A stretch of 64,000 nt of DNA from an uncultured Phycisphaerales bacterium (GTDB lineage Bacteria; Planctomycetota; Phycisphaerae; Tepidisphaerales; Tepidisphaeraceae), in contig CAVWVQ010000003.1 of NCBI GenBank assembly GCA_963758525.1, positions 4,960,001-5,024,000 on the forward strand. The letters are read 5' to 3'. A program made the position numbers and the translations under genes. Shown here piece by piece: positions 39,038 through 49,330 of this stretch (the stretch's first letter is position 1; each line of letters opens with the position of its first letter). A model generated the notes under the pieces. The model had not been told where the DNA came from, did not search any database, and worked only from the letters and a program-made list of their open reading frames with translations.

Positions 39038-42000
39038 ATGTGGTTGAAGAAACGTCGCGGAAGTTGGAAGCGCGCGAACCTCGGACCCAAGAGCCGCGCC
39101 CGATTCGAGGTGCAGGTTCTGGAGCCACGGCGGCTGTTTTCATCGCTGGTCGTAACCACCGTCGACGACTCCACGTCGCACGCCGGCTTTGTATCGCTCC
39201 GCGACGCCATTGCCACTGCCAACACCGACGCTGCCGGCGGGACGTCGGATACGATCACGTTCGCTTCCAGTCTCAACGGAGACACGATCATCCTGGAGCA
39301 GGGGCCGCTGCACTTGAACGGCATGGCAGGCTCGGGCCAGGGGGCCATCACGATCAACGGAGCGAATCGGATCACCGTCAGCGGCAACGGCGGCAGCGTT
39401 TTCCAGGTCTCGGGGATAACCGCATCCATCTCGGACTTGACTATTACCGACGGCGACGCCGGCAACAGCTTCTACAGCGGCGGCATTCTCAGTTACAGCG
39501 ACAGCACACTCACCGTCGCGGGCTGCACCTTCTCCAATGACTCAGGCGGCGACAGCGGCGCCGGCGGCATTTACAACGAGGGCGCACTCACCGTGACCAA
39601 CAGCGCCTTCGTGAATGACTCAGCCGGCACCGAAGGCGGCGGGATTTACAACGCAGGAGGCACGCTCACCGTCGTCAACAGCACGCTCTCGGACGATACG
39701 GCCGGCGGCAACGACGGCGGCGGCATTTATAATCTGGGCACGCTCACTGTTGTCAACAGCACCCTCTCGGACGATACGGCCACCGATGGCGGCGGCATAT
39801 ACAACGAGGGGACGCTGACGCTGCTCAACACCATCGTCGCGGGAAACACCGCGTCATCGGAGTCCGATGGGCCGGACATTAGCGGCGCCGTGCAATCCAC
39901 CAGCACCGATAACCTGATCGGCGACGGCACCGACATGAGCGGCATCAGCGACGGAAGCGGCGGGAACCATATGGGTTACGATCCTCATCTGGGACCGCTC
40001 ACCTATTACGGCGGCGCCACGCAGACGATGGCGCTGTTGCCCGGCAGTCCGGCCATCGACGCCGGCGGCGCGATCACCAGCCTGACGAGCATCATCGGTT
40101 CCACGGACACGACCATCCCCGTAACCCTGGCGGCGGCCATTGCCAGCACGCCAGGCAGTTATGTCGTCCAGATCGACAGCGAACAGATGCTCGTCAGCAA
40201 CGTGGACACGATCGGCAACAACCTGACGGTGACGCGCGGTTACAACGGCACCACGCCGACCGCGCACAACAATGGTTCGTCAGTGATCCTGCCCTTCGAT
40301 CAGAACGGCCGCGCGCGGGTCGGGGTGGTAGACATCGGGGCATATGAGGCAACATCGGCCGTGAACTTCGGCTCGCAGGTCGTCACCACCGCATTCGATG
40401 ATCCGGTGCATACCGGCATTTCCCTGCGCGATGCGATCGGTCTGACTGAAGTCGATGCCTCCAATGGTCATTCCGACACGATCACGTTCGCTTCGGGCCT
40501 CAACGGCGACACGATCATCCTGGCCCAGGGGGTGTTGGAACTCGGCGGCGTCGGCAGCGGCCTCACCACGATCAAAGGCGCGAATCAGATCTGGGTCAGC
40601 GGCAACGATCTCAGCGGCGTGTTCGAAGTAGACGATGGCGCGCAGGCCGTGATGAGCGGCCTGACGATCACGGGCGGCGGCGCCGTAGCAGGTGCCGCCA
40701 TCGATGACGAGGGATTTTTGACCGTCAGCAACTCCACGTTCTCCGCGAATTTGGCCGGCGGGCTTGAGGACGGCGGGACGCTGACTGTCGCCGATTGCAC
40801 GTTTGTCGGAAACTCCGGCGAGTCCGGCGGCGGTATCGACAACTTTGGCATTCTCAGCGTCAGCAATTCCACCTTTTCACAAAATACAGCCTCGCTCGGC
40901 GGCGGCATTTATAACGCCGCGACGGCGGCTGTCAGCAATTCCACCGTCAGCGGAAATTCCGCGGAGGAAGGAGGCGGCATCTTTACGAAGATCGGTCCGC
41001 TGACGCTGTTGAACACGATCGTTGCCGGCGACACCGACTCATTGGCCGGCCCCGACGTGTATGGCACTCTCCAAAACATCAGCACGTACAACCTGATCGG
41101 CGACAACACCGGTATGAGCGGCATTAGCAACGGCAGCGGCGGCAATCTGGTCGGAACCAGCACCGCACCCGTCGCGGCCGGGCTTTTGCCGCCGGACTAC
41201 AACGGCGGACCGACCCAGACGATGGCGTTGACGGCGGCCGGCCCCGCCCGCCATGCCGGCGGCCGGATCACCAGCCTGACCGCCCCGGCCACCGCCAGCG
41301 CAACGGGCATCGCCGTCGGGCTCCCCTCTGCGGTTGCCAGCACGCCCGGCAGCTACGTCATTCTGATCGACACCGAGCAGATGCTGGTGACGAATGTCAA
41401 CGGAAACATGCTCATCGTCACGCGCGGTTACAACGGCACCACTGCGGCGTCCCACAGCCTGGGCGCGAAGGTCTTTCTGGCCACCGACCAGACCGGCGCC
41501 CGCGCGTTGGAGCGCCCGACATCGGCGCGTATCAGTATCGGACCGTCACCAGCAGCGTGAAGCCGCTTCCTGCCACAGAACTGACAACGAGCTTTCCCGT
41601 GTCATGGTCAGGCACCCCCGGCAGCGACGGGTACGGCGTGGCGAACTATTCGATCTACGTCTCCGACAACGACGCGCAGTACACGCTCTGGAAGCATATG
41701 ACCACCGGCACTTCCGGCACGTTTACCGGCGCGAACGGCCATACCTATCGCTTCTACAGCGTGGCTGAGGACACCGACAACAACATTCAGGCAACACCAA
41801 CCGCTCCCCAGGCGACCACTACGGTTCAAACCGCGGCCTCCAGCAAGACGACCCTGACCAAGAGCACCACCTCCGCCATTGCGTATGGCCAGAGTGTCAC
41901 GTTTACCGCCATGGTTGCCCCGGCCGGCACCAATTCCCTGACGCCGACCGGCACGGTGACGTTCGAGGATGGGTCGACCGTGCTGGGTACCGCCACGCTC

Positions 42001-42720
42001 AGCGGCGGAGTCGCCAACTTCACCACGACCATGCTTCCTACCGGCAGTAACTCCATCAAGGCGATATACGGCGCCGACAGCAACTTTGCCGCCAGCACAT
42101 CAAATTCCCTTGCTCAGACCGTCGCTCAGTCGGCCACGACCACGGCGTTGACCAAGAGCACCACGACCACCGCCAAGTTCGGCCAGGGCATCACCTTCAC
42201 CGCGACCATGGCCGCCGTCAGCCCCGGTGCCGGCACGCCCACCGGCACGGTCACGTTCGAAGACGGCTCGACGGTCATCGCCACCGGCGCGCTCAGCGGC
42301 GGCGTCGCAAAGTTCACCACCACGTCCCTTGCCGTGGGAAGCCATTCGATCAAGGCCATCTACGCGGGCGACACCAACTTCACCACCAGCACGTCCACAT
42401 CCGTGGGTCAGACGGTGGCCCAGTCGTCGACAACCACCAAGCTGACCAAGAACACCACGTCCGCGATCAAGTCGGGCCAGAGCATGACGTTCACCGCCAC
42501 GCTTGCCGCAGTGAGTCCCGGCGCGGGGACGCCCACCGGCGTTGTGACGTTCTACGACAACGGCAATTCCATCGGCAACGGCACGCTGAGCGGCGGGATC
42601 GCGACACTGACCACGACGACGCTCCCGGTCGGCAGCAATTCGATTACGGCTGTCTACGGAGGCGACACAGACTTCACGACGAGCACGTCGAGCGCAATTT
42701 CGCAGACAGTTACGTCGTAG
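39038..42720 (+). CDS. Array gene 11: two beta-helix/anchor-Q units, FN3-like and three Ig-like group 3 repeats; frameshift near 41505
   Basis: GGAG before ATG 39038; VQVLEPRRLF. ORFs 38861..41560 and 41557..42720. Confidence 0.83.
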
Positions 42721-43113
42721 CCAGTCTGGAACAACCGCGGCCATCCCCGCGGCTCACGCGATCGCGGCCCACGCTCACGAACCCGATCGTGCCAGCGCAC
42801 GGGCATTGCCACGATAAAGGCGGCAAGCTGGGTGAAACCGGTGATTTGGGTGCGAATGCGATCATCTTTCGGACTATCTAGTCAATGGCCCGATAACATT
42901 TACTTCAGAGGTGGAAGTTGCTAGCTTCGCCGGACAAACGGTGAGTGCAGTCTCGCACAATTTTCCATTTCGATCGATTCACAAGATTGGATGTGCCGCA
43001 CATCCCGCAGCGACTTGCTTCTCTCTTTTGTGCATGGAGGTCGTCTCGGGGAAGCGAACGACCGGCAAATCACCGCTCTGATCCGCGATTGTCCCGGGAA
43101 GGAATTGCAAATC

Positions 43114-46100
43114 ATGGCATCCAGAAACCGCCGTAAGGCATCTTGGTCAGCGCGCACGAGAATTCAATGTTGTTGCGAGGCCCTGGAATTCCGGCGGTTG
43201 TTGACATCGATTGTTGTGACCTCCACGGCTGACGACGGAGGGAGCGGGGAACTGCGGGCCGCTGTTGCCCAGGCCTATACAGCCGCAAAGTATGGAACTG
43301 CCGACACAATCACGTTCGATCCAAGTTTGAGCGGCCAGACGATCACGCTGACCCAGGGTTTTGTGAGACTCGGGTTGGGGGATGGCAACTTGGTACCAAC
43401 CCCGGTCACCATCGACGGCGGGAATCAGATCACCGTCAGCGGTGGAGGCACGAGTCAGGTGTTCGACGTGAATTCAGGCGCTGTCGCGGTGGTCACGGGG
43501 CTGACAATTACGCGAGGCTTCGTTGACGGCACGTCCGGTCTCGCGACTGCGTCCGGCGGCGGTGCAATTTTCAACAACGGCACGCTGACGCTGACAAACA
43601 GTATCGTGTCAGGGAGCACGGCGTCCACGGCCACCGGCGGCGGTCTCTACAACGCGGGCACACTCACGGTCAACAACACGACTTTCTCGGGAAACAATGC
43701 CGACAACGGTGGCGGCGGAATCGAAAATGTCGGCACGGCGACGGTGGCCAACTCAACATTCAGCGCAAACAGCTCATTGGGATCGGGTCTGTTTACCAGC
43801 GGCGGAGGAATCGATAATGAAAACGTGCTGAGCGTGGTGAACTCCACGTTCTATGAAAATGCGGCATATGACGGCGGCGGGATCGGCAACTTCGGCACGC
43901 TGACGGTCAGTCAATCCACGTTGAGCGGCAACTCCGCGGTTTCGACGGGCGGATCAGCCAACTCTCCTGCCGGCGGTGGAATTGCCGACTTCGGTGACTC
44001 CGCGACACTCTTGAGCACGATCGTGGCGCAGAACGGCGGAAGCGACGGCGTCATCGGGCCGGATGTCTACAGTCATTCGACATCATCGAGCACAAACAAC
44101 CTGATCGGCGACGGCAGCGATTATTTCGGTGCGACCAACGGCAGCAGCGGAAACAAGGTGGGCACGGACGCAAGTCCGATCGATCCGAAGCTGGCGCCAT
44201 TGGCCAATTACGGCGGTTTCACGCAAACCATGGCGCTCAAGCCCGGCAGCCCGGCAATCAACGCGGGTGGTTCGGTCACATCCCTCAGCGCTGCGGCAAC
44301 GTCATCCGCGACGACGATCAACCTAGCCAACGGCGCGGCGATCGCCAGCACCAACGGGCAATATGTCATTCAGATCGGCAGCGAGGAAATGCTCGTCACG
44401 GCAGTGTCGGATAACACGCTGACAGTCACTCGCGGATATCACGGCACCACGGCCGCTTCGCACAGCTCGGGGACAGGCGTAATTGTGCACTTCGATCAAA
44501 CCGGCCGGCCGCGCCTGGGCACAGCCGATATCGGCGCGTTCGAAGTGGAAGGGACCAGTCAGGTCGTTACGACCGCATCGGACGCGGTGAACCACACTGG
44601 TGTGTCACTGCGTGATGCGATGGCGCGAGCGGATTTCGATGCGTCCAATGGCCAATCTGACACGATCACTTTTTCCGCGGCGCTGGCGGGCCAGACGATT
44701 ACGCTGGTCCAGGGGACTTTGGTTCTGCAGGATGCAGGAAGCGGAACAACGACCATCAACGGCGGCGGTGTGATCACGGTGGGCGGCAATCCCAATTTTG
44801 GTGTTTTCAGTGTTTCCAGTGGCGTGCATGCTTCGCTATCGGGCCTGCAGCTCAGTGGGGGAGAAAAGAATGGAGGCATCAGCGGTGGGGCAATCTACAA
44901 TGACGGCACGCTCGCCGTTGCCAATTGCACATTCTCCAATGACGGGTTCTCCAATGACGGTGGAGCGATCTACAACGACAGCGCTGGTGCGCTGACCATC
45001 ACAAATTCCACGTTCTCAGGAAACTCTGCCAATGACGGCGGTGCAATTGATAACTTCGGCACGGCAACCATCGCGAACTCCACTTTCTCCTCCAACACTG
45101 CTTTTGAACACGGCGGCGCCATCGATAATGATTCGGGCACGCTGACGGTCAGCAACTGCACCTTTTCTGGAAACCACGGCGAATACGGCGGGGCTGTTGA
45201 CAACGGGGGCACGCTTTCGATCAGCAACTGTACGATCTCCGGAAATTCCGCGCACAACCCCGGTGGTGGGGTCAGCAGCAACGGCCCTTCCCTTGTTCTG
45301 ATGAATTCAATCGTCGCGCAAAACACCGACGATGGCATGGGGCCGGATATCTCTGCTGATCAGTCAGGCGGAAGCAACAATCTGATCGGCGACGGCACGG
45401 GCGACGGCGGCATCACCAACGGCACGAACGGTAATATGGTGGGCACGAGCGCCAACCCGATCGATCCGAAGCTGGGGCCATTAGCCAACTACGGCGGGGC
45501 GACGCAGACCATGGCGCTCAAGCCCGGCAGCCCGGCAATCAACGCGGGCGGTTCGATCACATTGCTCAGCGCGGCGGCAACTTCATCCGCGACGACGATC
45601 ACCGTCGCCAACGGCGCGGCCATCGCCAGCACCAACGGGCAGTACATCATTCAGATCGGCAGCGAGCAGATGCTCGTCACGACAGTGTCGGGTAACACGC
45701 TGACAGTCACGCGCGGATACAACGGCACGACGGCGGCATCGCACACTTCCGGAACGGGCGTGATTCTTCCGTTCGATCAGACCGGCCTGGCGCGGGTGGG
45801 CACGCCGGATATCGGCGCCTTCGAGGCCCAAGGAACCAGCCTGGTCGTGACAACGGCCTCGGATGCGGCAAACCATACGCAAATCTCGCTGCGCGATGCG
45901 ATGCAGCGGGCGGATGCTGATGCATCCAATGGCCAATCCGACACGATTACCTTTGCCGCTGCGCTGGCGGGCCAGAAGATTACCCCGGTCCAGGGAAGTT
46001 TTAACTTGCAGGATGCCGGCAGTGGAACGACGACCATCAACGGCGGTGGTGTGATCACGTTAGGCGGTAATTCGCTTGCAGATGTATTCAATTTTTCCAG

Positions 46101-48291
46101 TGGCGTGCACGCTTTGCTAACGGGCCTCAAGATCAGCGGAGAACAAAATGGAGGCTCCAGCGGTGGCGCAATCTACAATGCCGGCACGCTCGCGGTCGCC
46201 AATTGCACATTCTCCAATAACACCTCTCAAAACAATGGCGGAGCGATCTACAGTGATGGTGCGCTGACCGTCACAAATTCCACGTTCTCTGGAAACACTG
46301 CCTATGACGGCGGGGCAATCGACAGCGATGGGGATATAACCATCATCAGCAGCAGCTTTACCGGCAATTCGGCGGAGTTTGGCGGCGCCGTTGAAAATGG
46401 TTCAGGTGGGACCCTCGCAAACTCAAGCTTCACCAGCAACAGTGCAACTTCCGACGGGGGCGCTGTCCATAACTGGGGCACGCTTTCGATCAGCAACAGT
46501 ACGATCTCCGGAAATTCCGCGACTCGTAACGGTAATGGGATCTACAGCGGCGGCCCTTCCCTTACTCTGGTGAATTCGATCGTGGCGCAAAACACCGACG
46601 CTGGCACGGGGGCGGATATCTCGGCTTCTCAGTCAAGGGGAAACAACAATCTGATCGGCGATGGCACGGGCGACGGCGGCATCACCAACGGCACGAACGG
46701 TAACCAGGTCGGCACGACAGCGGCCCCCATCGACCCCGGCGTAGTTTCCCAGAGTTACAACAACGGCAACAGCACGGTGCTCGCGCTCAAGTCCACCAGC
46801 CCCGCCCGCGATGCCGGCGGTGCAATCGCCTTGTTGGACGGAGCCGTCGCCAGCACCGACACGTCAATTGCCCTTCAGGGTAACGCTGCTGGCATCGCCA
46901 GTACGCCGGCAAGCTACGTGATCAAGGTCGACAACGAGCAGATGCTCGTGACTAGCGTCGACATCGCTGGTGAACAGCTGACAGTCGTCCGCGGGTACAA
47001 CGGAACAACGGCCGCGGCACACGCCGGAAGCGCGGGGATTTCCTTTGCATACGACCAGATCGGCCAGTTGCGCGACAGCACGCCGGATATCGGCGCGTTC
47101 GAATACCAACCGTCCACCACCACGAAACTCACGAAGAGCACCTCGACCGCCATCAAGTTTGGGCAAAGCGTGACGTTCACGGCGACGATTGCCGCGGTGG
47201 GAACCAACGCCAACACCCCTTCCGGCAGCGTCACCTTCCAGGACGGAACAACCCTGCTCGGAACCGGCGCCGTCAGCGGCGGCGTTGCCACCTTGACGAC
47301 CACCACGATTCCCACTGGCAGCAATTCGATCGAGGCCGTCTACAGCGGCGACTCCAACTTCACCACCAGCACGTCCAGCGCCCTGACGCAAACGGTCAGC
47401 AAGGCTTCGACAACCAGCGCACTGACCAAAAACACCACCGGCGCCACCAAGTTCGGCCAGAGCGTGACGTTCACGGCAAAGCTTGCCGCCGTCAGCCCCG
47501 GCGCCGGCACACCGACCGGCACCGTCACGTTCAAAGACGGCTCGACCACGCTTGGCACAGCCACGCTCAGCAGCGGCGTCGCGAAGTTCACAACCACCGC
47601 GCTCCCCGTCGCCAGCAACTCCATCACTGCCGTCTATGGTGGCGACGCCAACTTCAACACGAGCACGTCCAGCGCGTTGACGCAAACGGTCAGCAAGGCT
47701 TCGACGACCACCGCCCTGACCAAAAACACCACCGGCGCCACCAAGTTTGGCCAGAGCGTGACGTTCACGGCAAAGCTTGCCGCCGTCAGCCCCGGCGCCG
47801 GTACACCGACCGGCACCGTGACGTTCAAGAATGGCTCGACCACGCTTGGCACAGCCACGCTCGGCAGCGGCGTAGCGAAGTTCACAACCACGTCGCTCCC
47901 GGTCGCCAGCAACTCCATCACCGCCGTTTATGGTGGCGACGCCGAGTTCAACACGAGCACTTCCGGCGCGTTGACCCAGACCGTCAGCAAGGCCTCAACG
48001 ACCACCAAGCTGACCAAGAACACCACCACCGCCATCCATTCGGGCCAGAGCGTGACGTTCACGGCCACACTCGCCGCAGTGAGTCCGGCGCGCGGGACGC
48101 CCACCGGCATCGTCACGTTCTATGACAACGGCAGCACCATGCTCGGCACCGGCACGCTCAGCGGCGGGATCGCGACGTTCACCACCACGACGCTGCCCGT
48201 CGGCAGCAACTCGATCACGGCTGCCTATGGAGGGGACACGGACTTCACGACGAGCACGTCGAGCGCGATTTCGCAGACCGTTACGTCGTAG
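43114..48291 (+). CDS. Array gene 12: three beta-helix/anchor-Q units and four Ig-like group 3 repeats (intact, ~1725 aa)
   Basis: GGAAGGAA before ATG 43114; CEALEFRRLL; uninterrupted ORF 42991..48291. Confidence 0.9.
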   Translation: MASRNRRKASWSARTRIQCCCEALEFRRLLTSIVVTSTADDGGSGELRAAVAQAYTAAKYGTADTITFDPSLSGQTITLTQGFVRLGLGDGNLVPTPVTIDGGNQITVSGGGTSQVFDVNSGAVAVVTGLTITRGFVDGTSGLATASGGGAIFNNGTLTLTNSIVSGSTASTATGGGLYNAGTLTVNNTTFSGNNADNGGGGIENVGTATVANSTFSANSSLGSGLFTSGGGIDNENVLSVVNSTFYENAAYDGGGIGNFGTLTVSQSTLSGNSAVSTGGSANSPAGGGIADFGDSATLLSTIVAQNGGSDGVIGPDVYSHSTSSSTNNLIGDGSDYFGATNGSSGNKVGTDASPIDPKLAPLANYGGFTQTMALKPGSPAINAGGSVTSLSAAATSSATTINLANGAAIASTNGQYVIQIGSEEMLVTAVSDNTLTVTRGYHGTTAASHSSGTGVIVHFDQTGRPRLGTADIGAFEVEGTSQVVTTASDAVNHTGVSLRDAMARADFDASNGQSDTITFSAALAGQTITLVQGTLVLQDAGSGTTTINGGGVITVGGNPNFGVFSVSSGVHASLSGLQLSGGEKNGGISGGAIYNDGTLAVANCTFSNDGFSNDGGAIYNDSAGALTITNSTFSGNSANDGGAIDNFGTATIANSTFSSNTAFEHGGAIDNDSGTLTVSNCTFSGNHGEYGGAVDNGGTLSISNCTISGNSAHNPGGGVSSNGPSLVLMNSIVAQNTDDGMGPDISADQSGGSNNLIGDGTGDGGITNGTNGNMVGTSANPIDPKLGPLANYGGATQTMALKPGSPAINAGGSITLLSAAATSSATTITVANGAAIASTNGQYIIQIGSEQMLVTTVSGNTLTVTRGYNGTTAASHTSGTGVILPFDQTGLARVGTPDIGAFEAQGTSLVVTTASDAANHTQISLRDAMQRADADASNGQSDTITFAAALAGQKITPVQGSFNLQDAGSGTTTINGGGVITLGGNSLADVFNFSSGVHALLTGLKISGEQNGGSSGGAIYNAGTLAVANCTFSNNTSQNNGGAIYSDGALTVTNSTFSGNTAYDGGAIDSDGDITIISSSFTGNSAEFGGAVENGSGGTLANSSFTSNSATSDGGAVHNWGTLSISNSTISGNSATRNGNGIYSGGPSLTLVNSIVAQNTDAGTGADISASQSRGNNNLIGDGTGDGGITNGTNGNQVGTTAAPIDPGVVSQSYNNGNSTVLALKSTSPARDAGGAIALLDGAVASTDTSIALQGNAAGIASTPASYVIKVDNEQMLVTSVDIAGEQLTVVRGYNGTTAAAHAGSAGISFAYDQIGQLRDSTPDIGAFEYQPSTTTKLTKSTSTAIKFGQSVTFTATIAAVGTNANTPSGSVTFQDGTTLLGTGAVSGGVATLTTTTIPTGSNSIEAVYSGDSNFTTSTSSALTQTVSKASTTSALTKNTTGATKFGQSVTFTAKLAAVSPGAGTPTGTVTFKDGSTTLGTATLSSGVAKFTTTALPVASNSITAVYGGDANFNTSTSSALTQTVSKASTTTALTKNTTGATKFGQSVTFTAKLAAVSPGAGTPTGTVTFKNGSTTLGTATLGSGVAKFTTTSLPVASNSITAVYGGDAEFNTSTSGALTQTVSKASTTTKLTKNTTTAIHSGQSVTFTATLAAVSPARGTPTGIVTFYDNGSTMLGTGTLSGGIATFTTTTLPVGSNSITAAYGGDTDFTTSTSSAISQTVTS

Positions 48292-48482
48292 CCTTCGCGT
48301 TTGTGAGCAGAATTCGAGGGATTTGTTTATCACGCCCCCGGGCAACAATCGGCACGGGCAAATCGACACGGGCAAATCTTGCAATTTTCCTGCAACAGAA
48401 TTAGCCTCGCCGCATGTTGTAGTACGTGTCTGGGCGGCACATGCGTGTTTGAGGCGGCGGCAAATCTTAACGGAGGAAACTC

Positions 48483-49237
48483 ATGAATCTCTCCTGCTCG
48501 CGATTCGTCAGGAACTTTTGGGCTGCAAGTGCGTCCATGCTCATGGCTGCGCGCTGGGCTGCGCAAGCAACTCGGCCGCTCCCAAGGCGCAGGGCTGTCC
48601 GACGACGGTGCCCGCCAACACGATTGCGGCGTCGGCAAGCTCGGTGCGCGGGCTGGGAGAATTGGATACGCCCTCAATGGCGGCGGGGGCTGGAGCTTCG
48701 AAAGAAGGTGCGGTCAATGAGCGCGCTCTGACGGGCGGCGCGAGCGCACGTGGATTTGACTTTGGCGACAGTGGCGGCGGGGGCGCCAACGGCGGACCGT
48801 TGAGCTTCGAACAACTCGGGCAGTTGCTGCAAAGTCTTGGCAGCGCTCCGCAGGTTCATGCCGGAATGTATGTCTACCAGATCAAGGAAGAGTCGGGGCT
48901 CACCTATCCCCTGGTCATCAGCTTGAGCCAGGATCAGCGGGCAGTTTATTTTCTGGTTCCGTTGGTCCCCGTCGATCCGCAGGGCTGGGCCAATCAGGAG
49001 TCGTTGTTCAAACTTCTGGCGGGAAACTCGGTTATCTGCCCGGCATCGTTTGGGATCGTCGGCCAGAAGCTGTTCCTGCTTTTGGGCGTTGCCAACATGA
49101 ATGTGAGCGCGGAGAGCCTGAAGCTCGATATCTCCTATATGTTCGAGACAGTTCATAAGACCAAGCCGCTGTGGGTTCCGTGGATGGGGACCGGCGGCGG
49201 AGGTGGGAATAGCGGCGGCGGCAACCCGTTCCAATAA
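48483..49237 (+). CDS. Putative lipoprotein with CesT/YbjN-like (type III chaperone-like) domain, ending G(n)NPFQ; frameshift near 48550
   Basis: GGAGG before ATG 48483. The signal-like MNLSCSRFVRNFWAASASMLMAA joins ALGC (lipobox) in the 48122..49237 frame. Pattern Y.I..YPLVISLSQD..VYF..LFKLLAGN..F. The fold call is by resemblance only. Confidence 0.65.
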
Positions 49238-49330
49238 TGGTGACGCCGCGATCGATTCGATGATTGGCGCTCTCTGTTACGTACAACTAATAAGTGAAGA
49301 ACTCCTGATACCCCATTTGAAAGGGCAGTC

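Noticed and set aside
4513..48291. Array proteins as autotransporters, RTX/type I substrates or polymorphic toxins
   Set aside because: There is no C-terminal beta-barrel, no GGxGxDxL nonapeptide tract, no variable C-terminal toxin domain and no small immunity genes between them.
48122..48482. N-terminal 120 aa of ORF 48122..49237
   Set aside because: It overlaps gene 12 out of frame. A strong RBS and ATG at 48483 with a signal-like peptide matching the paralog is the better start.
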